The notes: generated from the letters alone by a model not told the origin. Shown: positions 11,833 to 22,381, numbered from the stretch's first letter. The stretch is 64,000 bases of DNA from Pseudomonadota bacterium (GCA_947455195.1 CANGMI010000007.1:212875-276874); one strand, 5' to 3'. Made by a program: numbers and translations.

Positions 11833-12591
11833 ATGCTGATCATTCCGGCAATCGATATCAAGGACGGTCACTGTGTTCGCCTGCGTCAGGGCGACATGGA
11901 TGACGCCACCATCTTCTCCGACGACCCGCTCGCCGTTGCCCGCCACTGGATGGCGCAGGGCGCGCAGCGACTTCATATCGTCGACCTTGACGGCGCACGT
12001 GACGGCCGACCGAAGAACGAGGGCCTGGTCCGTGACATCGTCACTGCGCTGGGCGATGCACTGCCGGTGCAACTGGGTGGCGGCATCCGCGATCTGGATA
12101 CCATCGAGCGCTACCTCGATATCGGCGTAGGCTATGTGGTCGTCGGAACGGCGGCGGTACGCAATCCCGGCTTCCTGAAAGACGCCTGCTCGGCCTTCCA
12201 GGGCCACATCATGGTCGGGCTCGATGCGCGTGACGGCAAGGTCGCGGTCGATGGCTGGTCGAAGCTCACCCGCCACGACGTTTTCGATATCGCGCACAAG
12301 TTCGAAGACCTCGGCGTCGAGGCGATCATCTATACCGATATCGGTCGTGACGGCATGATGACCGGCGTGAACGTGGAGGCGACCCGCACTCTCGCCTCGC
12401 AGTTGAGTACGCCTGTGATCGCCTCGGGCGGCATCAACAACCTCAAGGACATCCGCGATGTCTGGGCGCTCGAGCCCGACGGTGTGAGCGGCGTCATCAC
12501 CGGGCGTGCCATCTATGAAGGTACGCTTGACTTCAAGGCGGCGCTGCAGATGGTGGCCCAGGGCAACGAACCGGCAAAAGAAGCACGCTGA
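11833..12591 (+). CDS. hisA: ProFAR isomerase (1-(5-phosphoribosyl)-5-[(5-phosphoribosylamino)methylideneamino]imidazole-4-carboxamide isomerase)
   Basis: [20 protein letters not shown] start and the C-terminal [11 protein letters not shown]. Preceded by an unusual 121-nt C-rich spacer. Confidence 0.9.
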   Translation: MLIIPAIDIKDGHCVRLRQGDMDDATIFSDDPLAVARHWMAQGAQRLHIVDLDGARDGRPKNEGLVRDIVTALGDALPVQLGGGIRDLDTIERYLDIGVGYVVVGTAAVRNPGFLKDACSAFQGHIMVGLDARDGKVAVDGWSKLTRHDVFDIAHKFEDLGVEAIIYTDIGRDGMMTGVNVEATRTLASQLSTPVIASGGINNLKDIRDVWALEPDGVSGVITGRAIYEGTLDFKAALQMVAQGNEPAKEAR

Positions 12592-13355
12592 TGGGGCTTG
12601 CCCGTCGCATCATTCCCTGCCTCGATGTGACACGCGGGCGCGTCGTGAAGGGGGTCAATTTCGTCAACCTGCGTGATGCCGGCGATCCGGTCGAGATTGC
12701 CCGACGCTATGACGAGCAGGGTGCCGACGAACTCACCTTTCTCGACATCACCGCCAGTTCCGATGAGCGGGACATCATCGTGCACATCATCGAGGCGGTG
12801 GCGGCACAGGTGTTCATCCCCTTGACGGTTGGTGGCGGGGTGCGCAAGGTCGAGGATGTGCGCCGATTGCTCAACGCGGGCGCCGACAAGGTATCCATCA
12901 ATACGTCGGCGGTGACCCATCCTGAACTCGTGGCCGAGGCTGCCGGGCGTTACGGCAACCAATGCATCGTGGTGGCCATCGATGCCAAGCGCGCTCCGAC
13001 CGAAAGCGGCTGGGAAGTCTTTACCCATGGCGGGCGTCGCCCGACCGGGCTCGATGTCGTCGATTGGGCGGTTCGCATGCAGGCGCTGGGTGCCGGTGAG
13101 ATCCTGCTGACCAGCATGGATTCCGATGGCACTCGCCATGGGTTCGACATCGCGCTCACCCGCGCAGTATCCGACGCGGTTTCGGTGCCGGTGATCGCCA
13201 GTGGCGGCGTAGGCTCGGTTGAGCATCTGGCTGCCGGCGTGATCGACGGGCACGCCGACGCCGTGCTGGCGGCGAGCGTATTTCATTTTGGTGACATCAC
13301 GGTGCGAGACGCCAAACTGCACATGGCGTCCCGGGGTATCGAGGTGCGCTGGTGA
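12591..13355 (+). CDS. hisF: Imidazole glycerol phosphate synthase, cyclase subunit
   Basis: [22 protein letters not shown] and VIASGGVG motifs. The start overlaps the hisA stop. Confidence 0.95.
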   Translation: MGLARRIIPCLDVTRGRVVKGVNFVNLRDAGDPVEIARRYDEQGADELTFLDITASSDERDIIVHIIEAVAAQVFIPLTVGGGVRKVEDVRRLLNAGADKVSINTSAVTHPELVAEAAGRYGNQCIVVAIDAKRAPTESGWEVFTHGGRRPTGLDVVDWAVRMQALGAGEILLTSMDSDGTRHGFDIALTRAVSDAVSVPVIASGGVGSVEHLAAGVIDGHADAVLAASVFHFGDITVRDAKLHMASRGIEVRW

Positions 13356-13789
13356 GTACGGTCGACTTCAAGGGGCAGGCAGGCTGGCTCGAGCAGATCC
13401 ACTGGGGCGCCGACGGGCTGGTGCCGGTCATCGCGCAGGATGCGGCGAGCGGCCGCGTTCTCATGTGTGCCTGGGCCAACCGCGATGCGCTGGCCGAAAC
13501 GGCGGCGACCGGCACCGCAGTGTACTGGTCGCGGTCGCGGTCGCGGCGCTGGATGAAGGGCGAGGAATCGGGACATCTGCAGCACGTTCGCGAAATCCGG
13601 CTGGATTGCGATGCCGATGTGGTCCTGCTCGACATCGAGCAGGAAGGTGGCATCGCCTGCCACACGGGTCGTGAAAGCTGTTTCTTCAAGGTGCTGCGCG
13701 ATGGCGTCTGGGTCGATGTGGATCCGGTCCTGAAGGATCCTGCCGAGATCTACGCCCACGCCACCAAGCCTGAAAGGACTGGCGCATGA
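13352..13789 (+). CDS. hisI: Phosphoribosyl-AMP cyclohydrolase
   Basis: [45 protein letters not shown] and [10 protein letters not shown]. Confidence 0.9.
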   Translation: MSTVDFKGQAGWLEQIHWGADGLVPVIAQDAASGRVLMCAWANRDALAETAATGTAVYWSRSRSRRWMKGEESGHLQHVREIRLDCDADVVLLDIEQEGGIACHTGRESCFFKVLRDGVWVDVDPVLKDPAEIYAHATKPERTGA

Positions 13790-14127
13790 GTGCACCCCTC
13801 GAGCGTACCGATGTTCTCGGGCGCGTCGCGGCCGTGATCGAATCGCGCAAGTCCGCTGATCCGTCGACGTCGTATGTGGCCAGGCTCTTTTCGCGCGGCG
13901 GCGATGCCGTTCTGAAGAAGATCGGTGAAGAAGCCACCGAGACCGTCATGGCGGCCAAGGATGGTGACCCGGCTCGCATCGTGGCCGAGACGGCCGACCT
14001 CTGGTTTCACTGCCTGGTGATGCTTGCCGGACACGACCTGCATCCTGACGCCGTCCTGGCCGAACTGGCGCGCCGCGAGGGTCTCTCGGGTATTGCCGAG
14101 AAGGCTTCCCGGCCCGACCCTTCCTGA
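13786..14127 (+). CDS. hisE: Phosphoribosyl-ATP pyrophosphatase
   Basis: [33 protein letters not shown] and [10 protein letters not shown] are typical HisE. ATGA overlap with hisI. Confidence 0.9.
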   Translation: MSAPLERTDVLGRVAAVIESRKSADPSTSYVARLFSRGGDAVLKKIGEEATETVMAAKDGDPARIVAETADLWFHCLVMLAGHDLHPDAVLAELARREGLSGIAEKASRPDPS

Positions 14128-14156
14128 TTGCGCATCGGCATTTGCCGGAGACTGCC

Positions 14157-14561
14157 ATGACGACCGACCAAGCAAACGCTTCCCCTGCCGTGGACTCCCC
14201 GGCTGCAGATCCGGATTGCATCTTCTGCCGCATCGTGCGCGACGATCTGCCCTCGCGCCGGGTGTTCGAGGACGACGACATGATCGCCTTTCATGACATA
14301 CGGCCGATCGCTGCGGTGCACTTCCTCATCATCCCACGGTTGCATGTGGTTTCCCTGGCGCACTGTGGCGAGGCCCATGCGCCACTGCTGGGACGCATGC
14401 TTTCGAAGGCCTCGACCCTGGCGCGCGAGCAGGGTCTGGCCGATGGCTTTCGGACCATCATCAACACCGGACGAGGGGGTGGGCAGGAGGTGTATCATCT
14501 GCACATCCACATCGTTGGAGGACCACGTCCCCTCGGGGCGATGCTGCCGCGCGAAGTCTGA
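14157..14561 (+). CDS. HIT family (HinT-like) nucleotide hydrolase
   Basis: CIFCRIV and the histidine triad HLHIHIVGG. ATG at 14157 is preferred over TTG at 14142. Confidence 0.8.
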   Translation: MTTDQANASPAVDSPAADPDCIFCRIVRDDLPSRRVFEDDDMIAFHDIRPIAAVHFLIIPRLHVVSLAHCGEAHAPLLGRMLSKASTLAREQGLADGFRTIINTGRGGGQEVYHLHIHIVGGPRPLGAMLPREV

Positions 14562-14648
14562 TCGCGGCGAAGTCCCTCTGCGCCGGGCCATCGTCCGTCG
14601 ATTCAGCGGCTATCCGACGGCAACAGTACCAAGACGAGGAGTTCATTC

Positions 14649-14873
14649 ATGGGTTCGTTCAGTGTCTGGCATTGGCTGATCGTTCTGGTCATCGTGCTGC
14701 TCGTGTTCGGCACCAAGAAACTGCGCAACGTCGGCTCCGATCTGGGTGGGGCGGTGCGTGGATTCAAGGACGGCATGAAGGACAGTGCCGAGGCGGCTGC
14801 AGAGGCCAAGCGCCAGGTGGGCGCGCCGGGTGCAACGGTCGAGGCCGAGGCAAAGCAGGAGACCAAGGCCTAG
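14649..14873 (+). CDS. tatA: Twin-arginine translocase subunit TatA
   Basis: [40 protein letters not shown], the classic TatA/E N-terminus. Confidence 0.9.
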   Translation: MGSFSVWHWLIVLVIVLLVFGTKKLRNVGSDLGGAVRGFKDGMKDSAEAAAEAKRQVGAPGATVEAEAKQETKA

Positions 14874-14920
14874 GTCTGCGGAAGGCGCTTCGCGCGCGCC
14901 CGTCGGTCGGTTGCCTCTCC

Positions 14921-15304
14921 ATGTTCGATATCGGCATTTCCGAAGTGATGGTGATCGGGGTGGTTGCGCTCGTCGTGATCGGCCCTGAGCGCTTGCCTCG
15001 CGTGGCGCGAACCATGGGCCATCTCACTGGCCGGATGCAGCGCTATGTGAACGAGGTCAAGACCGACATCAATCGTGAGATGGAGATGGCGGACCTGAAC
15101 AAGTTTCGCCAGGAGGTCGAATCGACCGCCAGCGCCTTCGAGAGTTCGGTTCGCTCGGAACTCAGCAGTGCCGAGGCCGACTTCAACGCCGCAGCGCGCA
15201 GCATGGTCGACGGGGTCACGGGTGATCCGCATGATCCGGGCAGCAGTCTTGCAGCCCCCGAATCGGCCGGGCCTGCCTCGCCAGCACACCGCGTTCACTA
15301 TTGA
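14921..15304 (+). CDS. tatB: Twin-arginine translocase subunit TatB
   Basis: MFDIGISEVMVIGVVALVVIGPERLPRVARTMG. The ORF-track start at 14672 overlaps tatA and is rejected. Confidence 0.85.
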   Translation: MFDIGISEVMVIGVVALVVIGPERLPRVARTMGHLTGRMQRYVNEVKTDINREMEMADLNKFRQEVESTASAFESSVRSELSSAEADFNAAARSMVDGVTGDPHDPGSSLAAPESAGPASPAHRVHY

Positions 15305-15309
15305 TCGCC

Positions 15310-16071
15310 ATGGACGAGACGCAGGATACGTTCATGTCACACCTGATCGAGTTGCGAACTCGACTGGTGCGGGCCATCCTCTCGGTGCTGATCGTATTCG
15401 TCGGGCTCTTCTACTGGTCGGCCGACATCTACGACCTGCTCGCTTCGCCGATGATCAGCGTGCTGCCCGAGGGCTCGCGCATGATCGCCACCGGCGTGGT
15501 CACGCCGTTCCTCGTGCCGATGAAGATGACGCTGATGCTCGCGTTTCTCATCGCCCTGCCTTACGTGCTCTATCAGGCCTGGGCCTTCATCGCACCAGGC
15601 CTCTACGAGCATGAAAAGAAACTCGTACTGCCGCTGGTCGTCCTCAGTACGCTGCTCTTCCTGATCGGTGTGCTCTTCTGCTATTTCTTCGTGTTCGGTG
15701 CCGTTTTCAGTTTCATTGCCAAGTGGGCGCCCAAGAGCATCGCGGTTGCACCTGACATCGAGCAGTACCTGTCCTTCGCAATGACGCTCTTTCTCGCCTT
15801 TGGCGTGACGTTCGAGGTGCCGGTGGTACTCATCATCCTCGTGCGGGTCGGTCTCGTGACGGTGGAGCAGTTGCGAAATTTTCGCGGCTACTTCGTGGTG
15901 GGGGCGTTCATCATTGCCGCTGTGGTGACCCCGCCTGACGTACTGTCGCAGTGTCTTCTTGCCATTCCCCTGTGTCTCCTCTACGAGGTCGGCATCATTC
16001 TCGCGCGCTTCGTGCGCAAGCCCGTGGACGCCGAGTCGGACAAGGGCGAAGGCGACGCCTCATCGGCCTGA
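15310..16071 (+). CDS. tatC: Twin-arginine translocase subunit TatC
   Basis: SHLIELRTRLVRAILSVLI, six TM segments and the TPPDVLSQ motif. An alternative TTG start at 15301 overlaps the tatB stop. Confidence 0.9.
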   Translation: MDETQDTFMSHLIELRTRLVRAILSVLIVFVGLFYWSADIYDLLASPMISVLPEGSRMIATGVVTPFLVPMKMTLMLAFLIALPYVLYQAWAFIAPGLYEHEKKLVLPLVVLSTLLFLIGVLFCYFFVFGAVFSFIAKWAPKSIAVAPDIEQYLSFAMTLFLAFGVTFEVPVVLIILVRVGLVTVEQLRNFRGYFVVGAFIIAAVVTPPDVLSQCLLAIPLCLLYEVGIILARFVRKPVDAESDKGEGDASSA

Positions 16072-16163
16072 CGCGCGGTCACTGAACGCTTGCGTGGGTG
16101 TTCACCGGCATTCACGGGTGTCGCCCCGGACGTCGGGCAGCCCGGCGGCGATGCGTCCCCCGA

Positions 16164-17318
16164 CTATTCCGGCTGGCGGGTCGCGGGCGGGCGCTTGCCG
16201 ATAGTCACTTTCAGGGCCACATCCTTGCCGTTGCGCCGCACGAGCAGCGTGCCTGCCGTACCGGGCTTGAGCCCGGCCACCCGATTGAGTAGTGACTTCT
16301 CGTCGCTCACCGGCTGCGCATCGAGCTCGAGCACGATGTCGCCCGGTTTGACACCACCCCGATCGGCCGGCCCACCCTGATAAATCGCCGAGATCAGCAC
16401 CCCGCGCGGCGTCTTGAGCCCGAATGATTCGGCGATCTCGGGGGTCACTTCATGCATGCCCACACCCAGCCATCCGCGGGTCACGACCCCATCCTTGATC
16501 AGTTGTTCCATGACCTGGCGAGCGGTGGAAACCGGGATTGCAAAGCCGATACCGATCGACGATCCGGTACGGCTGTAGATGGCTGAATTCACGCCGATGA
16601 GGTTGCCCCGGGTGTCCACCAGAGCGCCACCGGAATTGCCCGGGTTGATTGCGGCATCGGTCTGGATGAAATTCTCGAAGGTATTGATGCCCAGATCGTG
16701 CCGCCCGAGCGCCGAGACGATGCCCATGGTGACGGTTTGCCCAACGCCGAACGGGTTGCCGATGGCCAGAACGACATCGCCGACATGCATCTCCTCGGTC
16801 TGGCCGAGGGTGATGGCGGGCAGACCGCTCGCCTCGATCTTGAGGACGGCGAGGTCTGTTTCCGGATCGGCTCCCACCACTTTGGCAGCGGTCTGACGAC
16901 CATCGGCGAATGCCACCTCGACCTCGTCGGCACCATCGACCACATGGTTGTTGGTAAGGATATAGCCCTGGGCTGAAACGATGACGCCCGACCCCAGGTT
17001 CTGCTGGGGCCCGGGTGTGCCGAAGAACTTGCCGAAGAACGGGTCCTCGCTGAGCGGGCTGCGGCGGGCGGCCTTGCGGGTATAGATGTTCACAACCGAA
17101 GGCTGCGCTTTTCGGACAGCCTCGGCATAGGAGTCCAGGCGCGCACCCGCCGATCCAGCAGCGGCGGCCTGCGTGCTTGCCGTGCTGAGAATGACCGCGC
17201 CATGTCCTGACAGGCCCGCGAGCCATTCCGGCCGCAATGTCTGCAGGGCAAACACCACGGCCACGGCTACGGTGACCCACTGGGCAAAGACAAGCCACAG
17301 GCGACGCAACAAGGTCAT
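16164..17318 (-). CDS. HtrA-family serine protease with one PDZ domain (DegS/AlgW-like)
   Basis: N-terminal TM anchor, catalytic His/Asp/Ser context (TNNHVV, DLAVLKI, GNSGGALV) and a single C-terminal PDZ (GWLGVGMHEVTPEIAESFGL). Start chosen at MTLLRR (17318); the ORF track extends to 17390. Confidence 0.85.
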   Translation of the reverse strand: MTLLRRLWLVFAQWVTVAVAVVFALQTLRPEWLAGLSGHGAVILSTASTQAAAAGSAGARLDSYAEAVRKAQPSVVNIYTRKAARRSPLSEDPFFGKFFGTPGPQQNLGSGVIVSAQGYILTNNHVVDGADEVEVAFADGRQTAAKVVGADPETDLAVLKIEASGLPAITLGQTEEMHVGDVVLAIGNPFGVGQTVTMGIVSALGRHDLGINTFENFIQTDAAINPGNSGGALVDTRGNLIGVNSAIYSRTGSSIGIGFAIPVSTARQVMEQLIKDGVVTRGWLGVGMHEVTPEIAESFGLKTPRGVLISAIYQGGPADRGGVKPGDIVLELDAQPVSDEKSLLNRVAGLKPGTAGTLLVRRNGKDVALKVTIGKRPPATRQPE

Positions 17319-17373
17319 GCTCCGGCAAGAGTGGGGCTCGGCATCAACGAGCGAGCGCAGGTAGACTGCCGGC

Positions 17374-18207
17374 ATGAACATGCCCAGCACTCCTCCGGCT
17401 GCTGCAGCCCATACCGTCGGCGTCCAGGCCGGTGAGCTCGAACGCTACCTTGATGATCTTCTGCAGTCAGCCCGCTTTCGCGATTATTGCCCAAACGGTC
17501 TGCAGGTGGAAGGTGTCCGGCCGGTACGGCGTCTGGTCTCCGGTGTGACGGCCAGTCTTGCCCTGATCGACGCGGCGATCGCGCGCGGTGCTGACGCGTT
17601 GCTGGTTCACCACGGCTATTTCTGGCGCGGCGAGGATTCCCGCCTGCGCGGCATGCGACGCGAGCGCATTGCCCGGCTGCTCGGCAACGGCCTTGCGCTA
17701 CTGGCCTACCATCTGCCGCTCGATGCTCATGCGCAACTGGGCAACAACGCCCAGCTGGCGTTGCAGCTGGGATTCAGCACCACCGGTACGGCAGGCGAGA
17801 ACGGCATCATCGCCTGGGGAGACATCGAATGCCCGACGCCGCAAGCGCCGGGCAGTGTCGGAGAAGCGCCATCCATGGTGCTCGCCGACCTTGCGCGCCG
17901 GGTCGAGGTGCGCCTGGGGCGCCCGGCTCTCGTGCTGGGGAATCCCGAGCGGGTCGTCCGCCGTATCGCCTGGTGCACCGGTGGGGCTCAGGGCTTCTTC
18001 GAAACCGCCATTGATCTCGGTGTCGATGTCTTCCTGACGGGCGAGGTATCCGAGCAGAATCATCACCTTGCGATGGAGTCGGGGGTGGGCTTCATTGCTG
18101 CCGGGCACCACGCGACCGAGCGTTATGGGGTTCGTGCTGTCGGAGAACACCTGGCGCAGCAATTCGGTCTCTGCCACGAGTTCGTCGACATCCCCAACCC
18201 GGTCTGA
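17374..18207 (+). CDS. Nif3-like dinuclear metal centre protein (YbgI/GTP cyclohydrolase 1 type 2 homologue)
   Basis: [23 protein letters not shown] and the C-terminal [12 protein letters not shown] pattern of the NIF3 family. Confidence 0.8.
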   Translation: MNMPSTPPAAAAHTVGVQAGELERYLDDLLQSARFRDYCPNGLQVEGVRPVRRLVSGVTASLALIDAAIARGADALLVHHGYFWRGEDSRLRGMRRERIARLLGNGLALLAYHLPLDAHAQLGNNAQLALQLGFSTTGTAGENGIIAWGDIECPTPQAPGSVGEAPSMVLADLARRVEVRLGRPALVLGNPERVVRRIAWCTGGAQGFFETAIDLGVDVFLTGEVSEQNHHLAMESGVGFIAAGHHATERYGVRAVGEHLAQQFGLCHEFVDIPNPV

Positions 18208-18235
18208 CTCGAACTCGGGCCCGGCGGCGGGCTTC

Positions 18236-18337
18236 GGATGCCAGCATCCAGCGGTCTCGGTGTGTGGATTTACTCAATCCATTCATACTGTTATCGCATT
18301 GTTTATGGATTCTTCAGGATGCACCCGCTATAATCCA
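18236..18337 (+). promoter_or_regulatory. Putative petABC promoter/operator region: AT-rich island with TATAAT (18329-18334) and clustered GGAT/ATCC inverted repeats
   Basis: GGATG-N4-CATCC (18236-18249). TGGAT-N7-ATCCA (18265-18281). TGGAT (18306-18310) paired with ATCCA (18333-18337), which overlaps the -10. The region lies 30-130 nt upstream of petA. Confidence 0.3.
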
Positions 18338-18364
18338 CGGTTTGCGTCCTGGAGCTTCAGTCTG

Positions 18365-18931
18365 ATGAGCACCTCACCGAGTGTGGACCGGCAACGCCGC
18401 AATCTGTTGATCGGCACTGCGGCGGCGGGCGGGGCGGCCGGCCTGGCGGTCGCCGTCCCGTTTGTCGAGAGCATGCAACCCTCCGAGCGGGCCAAGGCCA
18501 TGGGGGCACCGGTGGAGGTCGACATTTCGAAGATCGCCCCCGGTGAACGCATGACCCTCGAGTGGCAAGGCAAGCCGGTCTGGGTTCTGCACCGCACGCG
18601 CGCCCAGATTGAAGGTATCGCGAAGTCCGATGAACTGGTCGTCGACCCGGGCGTCGAGCAGGCACAGCAGCCCTCTTCGCTCAAGGGCAACAAGCTGCGT
18701 TCCGAGAAGCCGGAGTTCTTCGTTGCGGTTGGTGTGTGCACCCACCTGGGTTGCTCACCGGTCTACCAGCAGGACCAGGACCGCTTCTACTGTCCCTGCC
18801 ACGGTTCCAAGTTCGATCTCGCCGGGCGCGTCTACAAGGGCGTGCCGGCACCGACCAATCTGGTCGTTCCCAAGTACACCTATCTGTCGGACTCGAAGCT
18901 GTTGATCGGCACCGACAAGAAGGAGGGCTAG
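18365..18931 (+). CDS. petA: Ubiquinol-cytochrome c reductase Rieske iron-sulfur subunit
   Basis: Tat-type signal (QRRNLLIGTAAAGG) and Rieske boxes CTHLGC and CPCHGS. The ORF-track start at 18068 overlaps nif3. Confidence 0.9.
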   Translation: MSTSPSVDRQRRNLLIGTAAAGGAAGLAVAVPFVESMQPSERAKAMGAPVEVDISKIAPGERMTLEWQGKPVWVLHRTRAQIEGIAKSDELVVDPGVEQAQQPSSLKGNKLRSEKPEFFVAVGVCTHLGCSPVYQQDQDRFYCPCHGSKFDLAGRVYKGVPAPTNLVVPKYTYLSDSKLLIGTDKKEG

Positions 18932-18934
18932 ACC

Positions 18935-20233
18935 ATGGCGGCTGCCGACAAGATCGTCACCACGACCGGCCTTCTGGGCTGGGTCGATGAACGCTTTCCG
19001 CTCACCAAGCTGTTCCGTGAGCACATGTCCGAGTACTACGCGCCGAAGAACTTCAACTTCTTCTACTTCTTCGGTGCGCTCTCCCTGCTGGTGCTGGTCA
19101 ATCAGATTCTCACCGGCATCTTTCTCACGATGCATTACAAGCCCGATGCCGCTTCGGCGTTTGCGTCGGTCGAGTACATCATGCGGGAAGTCAACTTCGG
19201 CTGGCTGATCCGCTACATGCACTCCACGGGCGCTTCCGCGTTCTTCATCGTGGTCTATCTGCACATGTTCCGGGGTCTCATCTACGGCAGCTACCGCAAG
19301 CCGCGAGAACTCATCTGGATTTTCGGGGTCATCATTTTCCTGATGCTGATGGGCGAGGCCTTCTTCGGCTACCTGCTCCCCTGGGGTCAGATGTCGTTCT
19401 GGGGTGCCCAGGTCATCGTGAACCTCTTTGGTGCGGTGCCGTTCATCGGGCCTGATCTGTCGGTCTGGATTCGTGGCGACTTCGTGGTGTCCGATGCGAC
19501 CCTCAACCGTTTCTTCGCCTTCCATGTGATTGCCTTGCCTCTGGCCATCTGCGGTCTTGTGGCAGCGCACATCATGGCGCTGCACGAAGTGGGATCGAAC
19601 AACCCCGATGGGGTCGAGATCAAGAAGACGAAGGATCCGGTCACGGGGCACCCGCTCGACGGCATTCCGTTCCACCCGTACTACACGGTGAAGGATCTGT
19701 TCGGCGTATCGGTCTTCCTGTTCGTGTTCTGCGCCATCATCTTCTTCGCACCGGAGATGGGCGGCTACTTCCTCGAGGCCAACAACTTCATTCCGGCCAA
19801 CCCGATGCAGACGCCGCCTCACATCGCGCCGGTGTGGTACTTCACGCCGTTCTATTCGATCCTGCGCGCGGTGCCGCCGGTATTCGAGTCGCAGTTCCCT
19901 GGCGTGGCGTGCATGGGATTGTCGGTGATGGCGTTCTTCCTCATGCCATGGCTGGATCGTGGCGCGGTGAGGTCGATCCGCTATCGCGGGGCGCACTTCA
20001 AGACATGGCTGGCCCTCTTCGTCGCGAGCCTGTTCATCCTCGGTTACCTGGGGACCCAGCCGACCGACGTCTGGGGACGCTTCGGCGAGGGTGTGCCCCT
20101 CGTCGGCGGCTCCGAGCGGGCTACCTGGGGTGCGCGCCTGTTCTCGCTCGTCTACTTCCTCTACTTCATTCTCATGCCGTGGTACACGCGCTGGGACAAG
20201 ACCAAACCTGAACCGACCCGGGTGACGGGATGA
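18935..20233 (+). CDS. petB: Cytochrome b
   Basis: Typical bc1 cytochrome b (NFNFFYFFGALSLLVLVNQILTGIFLTMHY, WLIRYMHSTGASAFF, PEWYFTPFY-type motif VWYFTPFYSILR). Confidence 0.95.
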   Translation: MAAADKIVTTTGLLGWVDERFPLTKLFREHMSEYYAPKNFNFFYFFGALSLLVLVNQILTGIFLTMHYKPDAASAFASVEYIMREVNFGWLIRYMHSTGASAFFIVVYLHMFRGLIYGSYRKPRELIWIFGVIIFLMLMGEAFFGYLLPWGQMSFWGAQVIVNLFGAVPFIGPDLSVWIRGDFVVSDATLNRFFAFHVIALPLAICGLVAAHIMALHEVGSNNPDGVEIKKTKDPVTGHPLDGIPFHPYYTVKDLFGVSVFLFVFCAIIFFAPEMGGYFLEANNFIPANPMQTPPHIAPVWYFTPFYSILRAVPPVFESQFPGVACMGLSVMAFFLMPWLDRGAVRSIRYRGAHFKTWLALFVASLFILGYLGTQPTDVWGRFGEGVPLVGGSERATWGARLFSLVYFLYFILMPWYTRWDKTKPEPTRVTG

Positions 20234-20982
20234 GGCTCGCCATGAAATCTGTCATCACTGTCCTGGCGGCGCTCGCCACGAGTCTTGCCTTCTCGATGTC
20301 GGCCCGGGCGCACGGGGAGGCGCAACTCGACCATGCACCGATCAACCCGACCGACGCAGCCAGCCTCCAGGCGGGGGCTCGCACCTTCGTCAACAATTGC
20401 CTGAACTGCCATAGCGCAAGTCTTGTCCGCTACAACCAGTTGAAGGGCATCGGCCTGACCGAAGCGCAGATCAAGGAGAACCTGCTCTTCACCGGTGAGA
20501 AGGTCGGCGACATGATGAAGGTGGCAGCGTCCGCGCGCGATCAGCGCGAATGGTTCGGCAACGCGCCGCCCGATCTGTCGGTCGAGGCCCGGGTGCGGGG
20601 TGTCGACTGGCTCTACACCTATCTGCGTCGCTTCTATCGCGACCCCTCGACCGCCACCGGGTGGAACAACACGGTCTTTCCGAACGTGGCGATGCCGCAC
20701 GTGCTCTGGAATCTGCAGGGCATGTCCCAGGCCCGCGTCGAGGTGGAGCACGGCGAGGGGCACGAGATGAAGACCATTGTCATCGAACCTCCGACAGGTG
20801 GGTCGATGACCACGGCCGAGTACGACCGCACGATCGCCGATCTGGTGAATTTCATGGGTTGGATGGCCGAGCCGCATGCGATCGAGCGGCGCAACCTCGG
20901 GTTCCTGGTCCTGATCGCACTCTCGATTCTGATCCTGCTCACCTACCTGCTCAAGGCAGCCTACTGGAAGGACGTTCACTGA
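20230..20982 (+). CDS. petC: Cytochrome c1
   Basis: Signal peptide, haem-binding CLNCH, NAPPDLS and a C-terminal TM anchor. ATGA overlap with petB. Confidence 0.85.
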   Translation: MRLAMKSVITVLAALATSLAFSMSARAHGEAQLDHAPINPTDAASLQAGARTFVNNCLNCHSASLVRYNQLKGIGLTEAQIKENLLFTGEKVGDMMKVAASARDQREWFGNAPPDLSVEARVRGVDWLYTYLRRFYRDPSTATGWNNTVFPNVAMPHVLWNLQGMSQARVEVEHGEGHEMKTIVIEPPTGGSMTTAEYDRTIADLVNFMGWMAEPHAIERRNLGFLVLIALSILILLTYLLKAAYWKDVH

Positions 20983-21114
20983 TCGAAACCGAGCGGGCTG
21001 CCCGGGGTGCTCTCCATCCTGGCAGCGTACTCGGGCAGGGCGCCGGCGTCTGATGCGCCTGTGGGTCCCTGATAGTCGTATTCCCAGCCTGTCGATGTCA
21101 CGAGGTAGAACGTC

Positions 21115-21714
21115 ATGATGAATCTTTACTCCGGAACCACCTGTCCCTTCAGTCAGCGCTGCCGCATCGTGCTCTACGAGAAGGGCATGGACTTCCAGAT
21201 CATCGATGTCGACATGTATAACAAGCCCGAAGACATCGCGGCGATGAATCCGTACAACCGTCTGCCGGTACTGGTCGAGCGTGATCTGATCCTGTACGAG
21301 TCCAACATCATCAACGAATACATCGACGAGCGCTTCCCGCATCCGCAGTTGATGCCGCCCGATCCGGTGCAGCGTGCTCGCGCGCGACTCTTCCTCTTCA
21401 ACTTCGAGGTCGAACTGTTCTCGCAGATCGAACCGATCGAGACCGGCAACCCCAAGCAGCAGGAGCGTGCGCGCCAACTGCTGCACGAGCGGCTGACCCA
21501 GTTGTCGCCGGTCTTCGCCCGCCAGAAGTTCCTGCTTGGCGAAGAATTCTCGATGCTCGACGTCGCATTGAGTCCGCTGCTTTGGCGCCTTGACCACTAC
21601 GGCATCCAGTTGCCCAAGCAGGCCGCGCCACTCATGAAGTACGCCGAGCGCATCTTCAGTCGTCCCGCCTTCATCGATGCGCTCACGCCCTCGGAAAAGG
21701 TGATGCGCCGCTAG
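21115..21714 (+). CDS. sspA: Stringent starvation protein A (GST-like)
   Basis: MMNLYSGTTCPFSQRCRIVLYEKGMDFQIIDVD, highly SspA-like and followed by sspB. Confidence 0.9.
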   Translation: MMNLYSGTTCPFSQRCRIVLYEKGMDFQIIDVDMYNKPEDIAAMNPYNRLPVLVERDLILYESNIINEYIDERFPHPQLMPPDPVQRARARLFLFNFEVELFSQIEPIETGNPKQQERARQLLHERLTQLSPVFARQKFLLGEEFSMLDVALSPLLWRLDHYGIQLPKQAAPLMKYAERIFSRPAFIDALTPSEKVMRR

Positions 21715-21735
21715 GCTGCTGGCGCGGCGAGGAGC

Positions 21736-22233
21736 ATGATCGTGAGCGAGCCCACCAGCCAGAAGCCATACCTGCTGCGCGCCCTCTACGAGTGGTGCGT
21801 CGACAATGGGTTCACGCCGTATCTTGCAGTACACGTCGATGCCGCCACGCGCGTGCCCATGGAGTTCGTGCGCAAGGGTGAGATCGTGCTCAACATCGGC
21901 CCGCTCGCTTCCAACGGGCTTCGGATGGGTAACGAGATGATCGAATTCGCAGCCCGCTTTGGCGGTGTGAGTCGCGACATCTTCGTGCCGGTGACGGCGG
22001 TGCAGGCGATCTACGCACGTGAGAATGGTCAGGGCATGACCTTTGATCCCGAGCCACCGACGATGGGTGATCTCGCCAAGGCGAGTCCGTTGCTGACGCC
22101 CGCCGAGAGCTCGGCGAGCGTGCTGCATGCTGTACCGACGGCCGCTGCGCGTGTCGATGATCCGCCTGCTGATCCACCGCGCCCGCCGGCGGGGCCGGCT
22201 GGGGCACGGCCTGCGCTGCGGCGAATCAAGTAG
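21736..22233 (+). CDS. sspB: ClpXP adaptor stringent starvation protein B
   Basis: KPYLLRALYEWCVDNGFTPYLAV, a disordered tail and a C-terminal ClpX-binding-like LRRIK. Confidence 0.85.
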   Translation: MIVSEPTSQKPYLLRALYEWCVDNGFTPYLAVHVDAATRVPMEFVRKGEIVLNIGPLASNGLRMGNEMIEFAARFGGVSRDIFVPVTAVQAIYARENGQGMTFDPEPPTMGDLAKASPLLTPAESSASVLHAVPTAAARVDDPPADPPRPPAGPAGARPALRRIK

Positions 22234-22306
22234 CGTCCGACGACCGCTCGGGCCACAGACTATAATCAGCGCCGTTGCAGATTCACGCAGCGCCTGAAGC
22301 ATCCCA

Positions 22307-22381
22307 GCCGCTTTAGCTCAGTGGTAGAGCAACCGCCTTGTAAGCGGTAGGTCGTCCGTTCAATCCGGACAAGCGGCACCA
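22307..22381 (+). tRNA. tRNA-Thr (anticodon TGT)
   Basis: Hand-folded cloverleaf. Acceptor GCCGCTT/AAGCGGC, D arm GCTC..GAGC, anticodon stem ACCGC/GCGGT with loop CTTGTAA (TGT at 22339-22341), T arm GTCCG-TTCAATC-CGGAC, and encoded CCA. A TATAAT lies at 22261-22266 upstream. Confidence 0.9.

Noticed and set aside
20161-22302. 713-aa minus-strand ORF spanning petC, sspA and sspB
   Set aside because: It crosses three well-supported plus-strand genes and two intergenic regions. Its composition (R/H/G/D-rich) is typical of an antisense artefact.
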